Of a stretch of 13,525 nt of DNA, positions 1-8,932 are shown in pieces. The DNA is from an uncultured Spirochaetota bacterium. Its GTDB lineage: Bacteria > Spirochaetota > Spirochaetia > SZUA-6 > Fen-1364. The stretch lies in contig CAVUXE010000043.1 of the NCBI GenBank assembly GCA_963745235.1, positions 1 to 13,525 of the forward strand. The letters run 5' to 3'. Made by a program: the position numbers and the translations under genes. The notes under the pieces were generated by a model, which did no database searches, had not been told where the DNA came from, and saw nothing but the letters and a program-made list of their open reading frames with translations. How positions within the stretch are numbered: position 1 is the stretch's first letter; the number at the start of each line of letters is the position of its first letter.

Positions 1-629
1 TGCTCCTCTTCAGGAGTATGGGTGTGCGGGTTTCACCGAGGGCCTTCAGGAGAGCGAAGTTCTGCATGTTCCGCGCCCCGACCTGGAACACGCCCGTGTA
101 GCGTCCCACCAGCTCCACGTCGTGCTCCGACATGATCTCCGTGACCACGGTAAGGCCGTGGCGCTTGGCCGCGGCGCTCAGGATCTGCAGCCCCTGCTCG
201 CCCAGGCCCTGGAAGGAGTACGGCGATGAGCGCGGCTTGAAGGCGCCGCCGCGCAGGAGCTTCAGGCCCAAGCGCGCCACCAGCGCCGCGCAGGACTCCA
301 CCTGCTCCTCGGTCTCCACCGAGCAGGGCCCCGCGATGACCGTGAAACTTCCCGGGCCCGACGGTGACCCCGCCCACCTCGACCCGCGTGGGGTCGGGAT
401 GGAACTCGCGCGATGCGAGCTTGTACGGCTTGAGAACGCGCAGGACGCTTTCCACGCCGGGCATCTGGTCGAACTCGGATGCTCCGATGGCGCGGTCGTC
501 GCCGGTGACGCCGCAGATCGTCTTGACCGCTCCCCTGCTCAGGTGCGGCGTGTAGCCGAGAGGCTCGATCTTGCGCAGAGCGCTCTGGATCTGCTCTTCG
601 GTGGCGTCTTTCCGGAAGATAAGAATCAT
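1..629 (-). CDS. aroF: 3-deoxy-7-phosphoheptulonate (DAHP) synthase, type I-beta with N-terminal ACT/ferredoxin-like regulatory domain; 3'-partial; one apparent frameshift at ~345-352
   Basis: N-terminus MILIFRKDATEEQI...PGVESVLRVLKPYKLASREFHP. After a shift in the GGGAAGTTTC stretch the next frame reads FTVIAGPCSVETEEQ...LLRGGAFKPRSSPYSFQGLG...VVTEIM...FQVGARNMQNFALLKALGETRTPILLKR, all hallmark DAHPS I-beta motifs. Runs off the window edge. Confidence 0.95.
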
Positions 630-663
630 GGAGAAAGACTACAATGTTTTGACCTTTTCGCAA
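630..663 (-). promoter_or_regulatory. Putative sigma70 promoter of aroF (TTGCGA-N16-TAGTCT), ending 6 nt before the ATG (leaderless-type)
   Basis: Minus strand reads TTGCGA aaaggtcaaaacattg TAGTCT ttctcc ATG. No Shine-Dalgarno precedes the ATG. Confidence 0.45.
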
Positions 664-678
664 ATATCATCGTACTAT
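649..678 (+). promoter_or_regulatory. Putative sigma70 promoter (TTGACC-N18-TACTAT) for the divergent membrane-protein gene
   Basis: TTGACC at 649-654 and TACTAT at 673-678, in the AT-richer gap between the divergent genes. Confidence 0.45.
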
Positions 679-696
679 GCCCTCCGTGCGCACCTC

Positions 697-1540
697 ATGG
701 AAGCAGGGCTCCTCGGAACCGCTCTCTTCGTCACGCTGATCCTTGGCCTCATCGCCTGCGCGCCCGTTCGCCTTTCTCCTCAGCACCGGCCCGCGCCGTG
801 GCACTTTCGCCTCTCCCGTCGAACCCATGGTGGCTCATCTACCGGGATCCGGCCCGAAGGATGCGACCCAGCCCTCTGGCGGATCGGCGCCGTGGCGGCT
901 GCAACGGGCGTCGGCCTCGTCGCCTCCCTTCGCTCCCGTCGCCTGTACCGCAGCGATCGCACGCCCGTGCTTCCGTACCTGCTTCTTTCTTTCTCACTTG
1001 GAATCGAGTGCCTGCGGGGGCTACCGCGGTGCTTTTTGCCAGGGACACCTCGATCCAGGCCGCCATCGTCTTGACACGCGCGTGTACTGGGGGAGGTTCG
1101 TGGGCCTGTTTGCGCTCCTCTTCGCCGGCCTCTACTGCATCGAACTGAAATACCGGCGCGTCTACGTGCTGGGGGGAGGATTTCTGGTGGTCGCGCTGGC
1201 CATCGCGGCGAGCATCCCGTTGGACCGGACCATCTTCCTCTCGCAGCTCACGTGGAAGCTTGCGGATGAAGCAGGGCGTGTGGTTCGTGAACCTCGTGAT
1301 CGCCGCGCTGGTCCTGCGACGGCGGTTGGCGCCTGGGTCCTGAAGCGGGACAGGAGGTTCCTTGCGCTGGCCGTTGGGCTCGCGCTTCTCCTGGCGGCTC
1401 GGGAGCTTCTGTTCTTCATGGTGCAGCCAATCCCGCTTGCATGCGGAGTTCTCGCCCTGGCCGCGGGCGCAACTGTATGCCTCAGGTCCCTCAGGGAACC
1501 AGGAGCCTCGTTGCCACCATTCCGACGCCGAATGGAATGA
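697..1540 (+). CDS. Hypothetical polytopic membrane protein, broken by several apparent frameshifts; start uncertain (677 or 697)
   Basis: Hydrophobic segments alternate between the three + frames and join into one protein: LLGTALFVTLILGLIACA / NPWWLIYR / LWRIGAVAAATGVGLVASLR...PYLLL..SLGIECLRG / ATAVLFARDTSIQAAIVLTR / YWGRFVGLFALLFAGLY...LADE / QGVWFVNLVIAALVL / ATAVGAWVLKRDRRFLALAVGLALLL. Stop TGA at 1538-1540. Confidence 0.7.
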
Positions 1541-2130
1541 TGATGTTGTCGAAGTTGCCGGTGGGGATCCCTTCCAGGACCGTGGCGACTGAAGCGATGA
1601 TGAGGGACTCCGCGGGCCGGCGGCTCACGTGGTAAGCCATGACAAAAACGGCGGCAAAACAGGCAAGGCTGCCCGTGAAGGTCTTGCCCCTCAGGAACGG
1701 TATCTTCGGTCCGCCAACCGCCCTGCCGACCAGGGCTGCCAGGCCATCTCCGAAGGCAAGCGCGTAGATGGCGATGGAAGCGGCAGGCTCAGGATACAAA
1801 AGGAGGGAAATCATGGCTCCGAGACCGAGGGTCACGGGCCCGAGCACAAAACCGACCTTGTCTTTGTCCCGGGAGGCGATGAGCGTCAGATCACTCACAA
1901 CGAGGATTGGATTTCCCAGCCTGCGTGAGCTTCAGCAAAGGCGTAGAAAAGAGTCCCGATTGCCAGCAGGGCCAGCGTTGCGGCAGGTTTACCGCTGCCA
2001 GGACGGGCACGATAGCTATCAGAAGGTGGAGCGACTTCCGAACCATCTCCCCTTGAACCCTTGCGATTCCTGATGTACTCTGTGTTGTTGTTCGCCGAAC
2101 TTCGCGAACCAATTCCTGGTTATCCTGCAT
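1491..2130 (-). CDS. CTP-dependent phytol/dolichol/diacylglycerol kinase family membrane protein (cytidylyltransferase-like), with two apparent frameshifts (~1981, ~1930)
   Basis: Motifs GEMVRKSLH, LAFGDGLAALVGR and GKTFTGSLACF...EGIP..NFDNIIIP. ORFs 1891..2157 and 1491..1898 are bridged by an intermediate frame ATLALLAIGTLFYAFAEA. Start is ATG 2130 (TTG 2157 alternative). Confidence 0.85.
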
Positions 2131-2337
2131 GATGTCAGTCTTCGTTGCGCCTAACAATGCAAGATTGATACCAACTCGGAGTGGCCGACTTTCTCTCTAT
2201 TTGTTTGTCGGAGAATCAGTTATCGGCAATTAGGACGCACAGAAGGGAAAAGCGATCTATTTGTCTACTTTCGTGCACCGATTAATCTGATTTTAATATA
2301 CGGCGCCTGCTGCGGCGATGCCCCCTGGCGAACCACA

Positions 2338-2367
2338 TTGACATCTCCTGGGAGGTCACTGTATAAA
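2338..2367 (+). promoter_or_regulatory. sigma70 promoter for tRNA-Val (TTGACA-N18-TATAAA)
   Basis: Perfect -35 at 2338-2343 and TATAAA at 2362-2367, 37 nt upstream of the tRNA. Confidence 0.65.
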
Positions 2368-2404
2368 GTACGCACATTCGGGGGTCCTGGCAAGGGCCCA
2401 TCGA

Positions 2405-2476
2405 GGGCGATTAACTCAGTGGGAGAGTGCTACCTTCACACGGTAGAAGTCACTGGTTCAAATCCAGTATCGCCCA
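2405..2476 (+). tRNA. tRNA-Val, anticodon CAC (3' CCA not encoded)
   Basis: Acceptor stem GGGCGAT/ATCGCCC with discriminator A. D arm ACTC-AGTGGGA-GAGT, anticodon arm CTACC-TTCACAC-GGTAG, T arm ACTGG-TTCAAAT-CCAGT. Confidence 0.97.
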
Positions 2477-2482
2477 TTTAAG

Positions 2483-2499
2483 TCCCTACGTTGTAGGGA
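2483..2499. repeat. Inverted repeat immediately 3' of the tRNA
   Basis: TCCCTAC-GTT-GTAGGGA, with perfect 7-bp arms. Confidence 0.6.
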
Positions 2500-2542
2500 A
2501 TAGGAAGCCACCCGAAAACGGGCGCTTTACGTAGTCCTAATT

Positions 2543-2595
2543 GTCACCCTGAGCGTCACTTTGAGAAGCAGGGACACCTGGGGACATAGGGGGCA
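2543..2595 (+). repeat. Short direct repeats upstream of the integrase remnant (possible arm-type sites)
   Basis: GTCAC at 2543 and 2555. GGGACA at 2571 and 2581, and GGGGCA at 2590. Confidence 0.35.
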
Positions 2596-2598
2596 GTC

Positions 2599-2758
2599 GT
2601 GAATCGCTCGAAACGTCTCTATTCCATTCTACCAGCGTCCAGCCAAAAAGGCCGGGCATATTTACTACGCAAAGTTCCGCGACCCCACGACCAGTGCCTA
2701 CAAGGTCTTTCTTTCAACCGGATGCATGCGGCGTGACGATGCTGTTGGCCCCTGGTGC
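2599..2758 (+). pseudogene. Truncated tyrosine-type integrase (N-terminal segment only)
   Basis: GTG start after AGGGGG. With one frameshift at ~2626-2629 it reads MNRSKRLYS(I/F)YQRPAKKAGHIYYAKFRDPTTSAYKVFLSTGCMRRDDAV..WC. This resembles the 'YSLYKR...IYY.+FR.P......STG....A..W' N-terminus of spirochaete phage-type integrases (recognised from memory, not searched). It sits directly 3' of a tRNA and has no catalytic domain. Confidence 0.7.
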
Positions 2759-2797
2759 TCTGTGTGTGGATGAGAAGAGCCCCAGATACAAGCTCTT
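2748..2797 (+). mobile_element. IS630-family transposase fragment (degenerate)
   Basis: GCC(c)CTG GTG CTC TGT(gt)GTG GAT GAG AAG AGC(cc)CAG ATA CAA GCT CTT gives ALVLCVDEKSQIQAL after removing three small repeat-expansion insertions. This is the conserved motif around the first catalytic Asp of IS630 transposases. Confidence 0.7.
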
Positions 2798-2928
2798 GCG
2801 GCAAGTCGCATCCGGTGCTCAGCACAAAGCCAATCCACTCCCGCCGCACGTCCCAAATCGCATAGTCTTGGTTGGGTTTCGGAAGGCTCCCCAGCGTGAC
2901 GCGCATTTGGCGCCTCTCAAGATAAGCG

Positions 2929-2957
2929 TTGACAGGAGCCCAATTCTATGAAAAAGT
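2929..2957 (+). promoter_or_regulatory. Putative promoter of the sugar operon (TTGACA -35; weak TGn-AAAAGT -10)
   Basis: TTGACA at 2929-2934, 17-nt spacer ending TGA, and AAAAGT at 2952-2957, directly upstream of the operator palindromes. Confidence 0.45.
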
Positions 2958-2958
2958 G

Positions 2959-2986
2959 CTGGTATCGATACCGGAATCGATGCCAG
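2959..2986. promoter_or_regulatory. Tandem LacI-family operator
   Basis: Perfect palindrome GGTATCGATACC (2961-2972) abuts GGAATCGATGCC (2973-2984). Both are CG-centred like LacI/GalR operators, and a LacI gene lies in the same locus. Confidence 0.75.
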
Positions 2987-3050
2987 ACATTTCAAGAATA
3001 GACTTTAGGAATCCCTATAAGGAATCAAGACAACTCCGCGAGGGGGGGCG

Positions 3051-4265
3051 ATGTCAATCAGAAATGTTGCCGAAACCAGCATCGAGCAAGGACAGGGAAT
3101 ACTTCGGCTTGCGCCAACATGGGTTCCGCGCTCGTTTTGCGTGCCAGGACGGAGGATCAAGCTGCACCCGGCCGACTACTATGCCATGGGCGGGGACCGG
3201 GGCGGGATTGACGAACGTTGGTTCTCCTCCACCACGCCGGCGGACAACGGCCCGAAGACGAGCAAGGACGAAGGCCTGAGTCTCATCATCGTGGAGGACG
3301 GCTCCCGCGTGGGAAAGGTCACCCTGCGTGACGCAATAGCCGAGCTGAAGGGCCGCATCATCGGCGAACGCCTCTGGAATGCGCACAATGCATGGCCGAT
3401 GTATTCCAAATTCTTCGACAACAAAGGTCCGCTTCCACATCACGTACATCACAGGGATCAGCATGCCAAGCTCGTGGGAATGATGGGGAAGCCCGAGTCG
3501 TATTTCTTCCCGGTGCAGAACAACAACTATGGCGCCGACTACCCGTATACGTTTTTCGGCTTGAAACCGGGAACCACGAAAGACCAGCTTCGGGAAGCCC
3601 TCCTCAACTTCTCGAAAGGTGACAACAAGATCACCAACCTCTCTTCTGCCTATCGGCTGGAGCCGGGGACGGGTTGGGACGTTCCAGCGGGCATCCTGCA
3701 CGCACCGGGCAGCCTGTGCACGTACGAGCCGCAGAAGGCCTCCGACGTGTTCGCCATGTACCAGTCCCTCACGGGTGATGCCATCATTCCCGAGGAGCTC
3801 CTCTGGAAAAACAGCCCGAAGGAGAAAGTCGGCAATGTCGACTACCTCATCGAGGTCTTGGACTGGGAGGCGAACGTGGATCCCGACTTTGCCGCGAAGC
3901 ATTTCATGGCCCCGAAGCCCGCAAAGCCGCCTGCCCAGATGGAAGCGGAGGGATACCGGGAGAACTGGATCACGTACAAGTCCTCCGACTACAGCGCCAA
4001 AGAGCTGACCGTTTTTCCTGGAAGAACGGTCAGCATGAAGGACGGCGCGGCATATGGAATGATCCTGCTCCAGGGACACGGGAGGATGGGGCCGTGGGAA
4101 ATCGATTCGCCGGCACTCATCCGTTTCGGACAGCTGACCATGGACGAGTTCTTCGTGACGGAGGAAGCTGCACAGAAGGGCGTGGTCATCTCGAACCCGT
4201 CCCGAACCGATCCGATCGTGATGCTCAAGCACTTCGGGCCGGAGAACCCTGACCTGGCCCTGTAG
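3051..4265 (+). CDS. Uncharacterised cupin-fold protein, divergent type I mannose-6-phosphate isomerase-like (putative sugar or sugar-phosphate isomerase), 404 aa
   Basis: SD GAGGGGG. Motifs WPMYSKFFDNKGPLPHHVH, GKPESYFF, GWDVPAGILHAPG and YEPQKASDV align in order with PMI type I motifs (FPLL.K.LDA..PLS.QVHP, KPEAWY, VPAGT.HA.G, EIQ..SD). Confidence 0.8.
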   Translation: MSIRNVAETSIEQGQGILRLAPTWVPRSFCVPGRRIKLHPADYYAMGGDRGGIDERWFSSTTPADNGPKTSKDEGLSLIIVEDGSRVGKVTLRDAIAELKGRIIGERLWNAHNAWPMYSKFFDNKGPLPHHVHHRDQHAKLVGMMGKPESYFFPVQNNNYGADYPYTFFGLKPGTTKDQLREALLNFSKGDNKITNLSSAYRLEPGTGWDVPAGILHAPGSLCTYEPQKASDVFAMYQSLTGDAIIPEELLWKNSPKEKVGNVDYLIEVLDWEANVDPDFAAKHFMAPKPAKPPAQMEAEGYRENWITYKSSDYSAKELTVFPGRTVSMKDGAAYGMILLQGHGRMGPWEIDSPALIRFGQLTMDEFFVTEEAAQKGVVISNPSRTDPIVMLKHFGPENPDLAL

Positions 4266-4299
4266 CCACTTTTGGAATGCCAAGGAATCGGGGGGATTA

Positions 4300-5798
<1,499 letters not shown>

Positions 5799-5802
<4 letters not shown>

Positions 5803-6788
5803 TTATGGAAAACGGCAGGTTGACGGCGGCTGGACCAGGGCAAGGCGGCGCGGCAGGGTTTCGGGGTCTGTTCCGCAACCAGGCCGTTTCAATGCTCGTT
5901 ATTCTAATTTTCATGTGGGGCGTGCTTGGACTTCTCTCGCCGTACTTCTTCACGGTGGACAATCTCTTCGAAATCACCTTGCAGACCGCGGTGATCGCCA
6001 TTATCGGGGCGGGCATGACGTTCGTCATCCTCTCGGGGGGGATCGACCTGTCCGTCGGATCAGTCTTTGCATGCTCAGCGGTCGTCGGCGGCATGGTGTT
6101 CACCAGCACGCACAGCCTTTTCCTCGCGCTGCTCGCGACAGCGGCCGCAGGAGCAGTTTTCGGACTCGCAAACGGGCTCCTCATAACCGTTCTCCGCGTC
6201 CCGCCGTTCATCGGAACCCTTGGGATGATGGGAGTTGCCCGCGGGTTTGCCCTGATCTTCGTCAACGGGGTGCCCATTTATGGGCTTGAGCGATACAAGT
6301 TCATTGGCCAAGGCAAGCTCTTTGACGTGATACCGGTCCCGACGCTAATCGTCCTCGTGATATTTGTGATCGGAGTCTTTGTTCTCCGATACACGCGGTT
6401 CGGCAGGTTCACGTATTCAATTGGAAGTAACGCCGAGGCATCAAGGCTGTCTGGAATCAATGTCAAGCTGATCCAGATCAGCATCTACGCGATTTGTGGA
6501 TTCCTGGCGGGCATTGCGTCGACGATCGAAGCGGGACGGCTGGCCATCATTCAGCCCGCGGGAGGCAACGGCTACGAGCTTCTTGCAATCGGGGCGGTGA
6601 TCATCGGGGGCGCCAGCACGTTCGGCGGAGAAGGAAACATTGTCGCGACCCTGATCGGGGCCATAATCCTGGCGACGATCAGGAATGGCCTGAACATACT
6701 CGGTGTGAACGCCTTCTGGCAGTACGTGGTCAACGGCATGGTCATTATAAGCGCCGTAGCGGCGGACCAGCTTCGCAGAAGGCGATAG
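5799..6788 (+). CDS. Sugar ABC transporter permease (RbsC/BPD_transp_2 family)
   Basis: GMTFVILSGGIDLSVGS, VPPFIGTLG, IGSNAEASRLSGI, GYELLAIGAVIIGG. ATGA overlap with the ATPase stop codon. Confidence 0.97.
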
Positions 6789-6849
6789 CCCTTTCATGGC
6801 AGACTTCTGGCTGTCAGCCAGGCTCACAATTTCTCGAGGAGGTGCGTGC

Positions 6850-7818
6850 ATGAAGCTCAAGTGGATCTGGATCGGACTTGTGGTCCTGCTCCTGGTAGGA
6901 GGGGCGAGTGCGGCATTCGCAGGTGGAAGCGCTGAAAGCAAGACAATCGTCTTCATTCCGAAGTCGACTTCGGCGACATTTTACCTCTTCCTAGTGAAGG
7001 GCGCCCAGGACAAGGCAAAGGAATTGGGCTACAAGGTCGACTTCCTTGGCCCCGCAACCGAAGCGGACGTCGCCGCGCAGGTCGATTTTGTCCGTTCGAT
7101 CGTTCGAAAACACCCGGCGGGCATCCTTCTGGCAGCTCTGGACTCCAAAGCCTTGATCGCGCCCGTAGAGGAAGCCATGAAAGCAGGGGTTCCCGTTGCG
7201 ATGGTAGACTCGGGAATCGACAGTGATGCCCCTGTGGCCAGCATCATCACTGACCAGGAGAAAGGTGGCCTCATGGCGGGTGAAGCAATGGCCAAGCTGC
7301 TTGGTGAAAAGGGTCTGGTTGCGGATCACGGAATCCAGGCCGGCTCCGTGAGCGCAGGCCGGAGCAAGGGCTTCCAGGAGGCGATTGCGAAATACCCCGG
7401 AATGAAAGCGCTGGCCACAATGTGGACCGACGCGGACACGACCAAGTCGATGAATATTTCAACGGACGAGCTCACCGCGCACCCGGACCTCATGGGCATT
7501 TTCAACGCGTGCGCCGCCTCGGCGGGGGACGCCCAGGCAGTCAAATCAAAGGGACTGGCGGGGAAAGTCAAGATCGTAGCATTTGACCCGAGTCCTGAAA
7601 TTCTCCCGCTCTTCGAGGAGGGGACTATCCAGGCGATCATCTCCCAGGATCCCTACCAGATGGGCTACCAGGGCGTTGCCGCGATCGACGCATTCAAGAA
7701 AGGCAATCCCATCGCAAACAAGAACGTTCTGTTGGCCCCTGTCTTGATCACCCCGGAAAACTACAAGAGCCCGGAGGTGGTGAAGCTGCTTCAGACGCCC
7801 GAGAAGTTCCAAAAATAG
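6850..7818 (+). CDS. Sugar ABC transporter substrate-binding protein (RbsB-like, Peripla_BP_4)
   Basis: SD GGAGG before ATG 6850. Signal peptide MKLKWIWIGLVVLLLVGGASAAFA. Motifs VFIPKS, VDSG, AFDPS and QDPYQMG. Confidence 0.95.
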   Translation: MKLKWIWIGLVVLLLVGGASAAFAGGSAESKTIVFIPKSTSATFYLFLVKGAQDKAKELGYKVDFLGPATEADVAAQVDFVRSIVRKHPAGILLAALDSKALIAPVEEAMKAGVPVAMVDSGIDSDAPVASIITDQEKGGLMAGEAMAKLLGEKGLVADHGIQAGSVSAGRSKGFQEAIAKYPGMKALATMWTDADTTKSMNISTDELTAHPDLMGIFNACAASAGDAQAVKSKGLAGKVKIVAFDPSPEILPLFEEGTIQAIISQDPYQMGYQGVAAIDAFKKGNPIANKNVLLAPVLITPENYKSPEVVKLLQTPEKFQK

Positions 7819-7831
7819 GTGCAACTCATTT

Positions 7832-7862
7832 GGCCGCGGGCACCAGCCCGCGGCTTCTTGTT
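7832..7862 (+). terminator. Intrinsic terminator-like hairpin after the binding-protein gene
   Basis: GCCGCGGGC-ACCA-GCCCGCGGC perfect 9-bp stem, followed by TTCTTGTT. Confidence 0.7.
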
Positions 7863-7899
7863 GAGTCGGACGCCGCAACCGTAAATCACGAAACTATCC

Positions 7900-7913
7900 T
7901 CGAAACGGTTCGA
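7900..7913. promoter_or_regulatory. Possible LacI-type autoregulatory operator
   Basis: TCGAAACGGTTCGA, a near-perfect CG-centred palindrome 17 nt upstream of the regulator ATG. Confidence 0.4.
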
Positions 7914-7930
7914 AGGGACAGTAATCCAAC

Positions 7931-8932
7931 ATGGCTTCAATAAAGGACATCGCCCGCTTGGCCGGGTGTGCAACCTCCACAGTTTCTAGAGTTCTCAATT
8001 ACCCCGACTTCGTTGCGACAGAGACAAGGAAGAGGGTACAAAATGCCATCGAGCAACTGGACTACAAGCCTAGTCTTGTCGCCCAAGGTCTCCGAGGAAG
8101 AGCGGGGCGACTCATTGGTCTGGCGGTACCGACAGGAATGCCGGGAGCTTTCGGAAAAGTCATACAGCACGCACTGGACGCGGCGTACAAGCATGGCTAT
8201 AACCTGCTGCTTGCAAATACTGACGACGATCCTGACCGGGAAGAGTACTTCATACGTGACTTTCTCCGCAGAAATATCAGCGGGATAATCTTCTCGCGCG
8301 TGTCGGATGACAGCAAGATACTGAGGAAGATTGTCAAACAGAATATCCCCGTGGTGGTCATTGACAGAGCGTTCGAGCACGAGAGTGTGTCGAACATCAT
8401 ACTCGACAACCAAGCGGCCGGTACTCTGGCGGGAAAGCACCTTCTGGCCCTCGGACACAAGAAGATTGGGTGCATTATGGGTCCGGCAAAGATAGCTTTG
8501 TGTCGCGAAAGGTTGGCTGGCTTTCGTTGCGCTCTGGAGGATCAGGGAGTTCCCCTGCAGGAATCATGCGTTGTCGAAGGAGATTTCAACTTGGAATCCG
8601 GTATCGTTGGCATGAAGAAACTTCTCGACCGGGGGGCGGCTTGCACTGCAGTCTGGGCCATGAATGATTGGATGGCAATAGGCGCTATGCGGGTTCTCCA
8701 GGAAAGAGGTGTGAACGTGCCTGATCAAGTATCGATAGCTGGAATGGACGACACTGAAATCACCCTTGTGTCGAATCCGCCACTTACGTCAATTCACCAA
8801 CCCTTCGCTGAACTCGTCGACAAGGCGGTCGAGCTCTTGATATCGCAGATCGGGAGTCGAGAGACCCTGATGAAGACTGTCATCCTTACGCCCAAGCTTA
8901 TCATACGTGGGTCCACCTCTCGGTGCCCTTGA
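7931..8932 (+). CDS. LacI/GalR family transcriptional regulator
   Basis: HTH SIKDIARLAGCATSTVSRVLN, hinge YKPSLVAQGL, and effector-domain motifs NDWMAIG, VPDQVSIAGMDD, PPLTSIHQP and LIIRGST. Confidence 0.97.
   Translation: MASIKDIARLAGCATSTVSRVLNYPDFVATETRKRVQNAIEQLDYKPSLVAQGLRGRAGRLIGLAVPTGMPGAFGKVIQHALDAAYKHGYNLLLANTDDDPDREEYFIRDFLRRNISGIIFSRVSDDSKILRKIVKQNIPVVVIDRAFEHESVSNIILDNQAAGTLAGKHLLALGHKKIGCIMGPAKIALCRERLAGFRCALEDQGVPLQESCVVEGDFNLESGIVGMKKLLDRGAACTAVWAMNDWMAIGAMRVLQERGVNVPDQVSIAGMDDTEITLVSNPPLTSIHQPFAELVDKAVELLISQIGSRETLMKTVILTPKLIIRGSTSRCP

Noticed and set aside
345-356. Programmed ribosomal frameshift in aroF
   Set aside because: There is no canonical slippery heptamer in the needed frame, none is known for this family, and neighbouring genes show many similar indels.
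132-1148. 338-aa plus-strand ORF
   Set aside because: It is antisense to aroF in its first part and only borrows short segments of the frameshifted membrane gene; it is not a coherent protein.
2219-2245. Minus-strand GCCGATAA resembling a sigma28 -10 box upstream of the kinase gene
   Set aside because: No TAAA -35 element at the required spacing (CCTT is found instead).
2196-2264. 9-bp direct repeat TCTATTTGT, 60 bp apart
   Set aside because: Only two short copies in AT-rich DNA, compatible with chance; not a CRISPR or iteron array.
2694-2951. 85-aa ORF containing LCVDEKS
   Set aside because: Not a real gene; it passes through the IS630 fragment in one frame only.
3006-3026. AGGAATC repeated in the operon leader (again at ~4283), possible CsrA sites
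   Set aside because: Too short, and the hairpin context is unconvincing.
6796-6849. Longer ORF-track starts for the binding protein (6796) and oxidoreductase (9060)
   Set aside because: SD sequences, the signal peptide and the Rossmann motif position favour 6850 and 9153.
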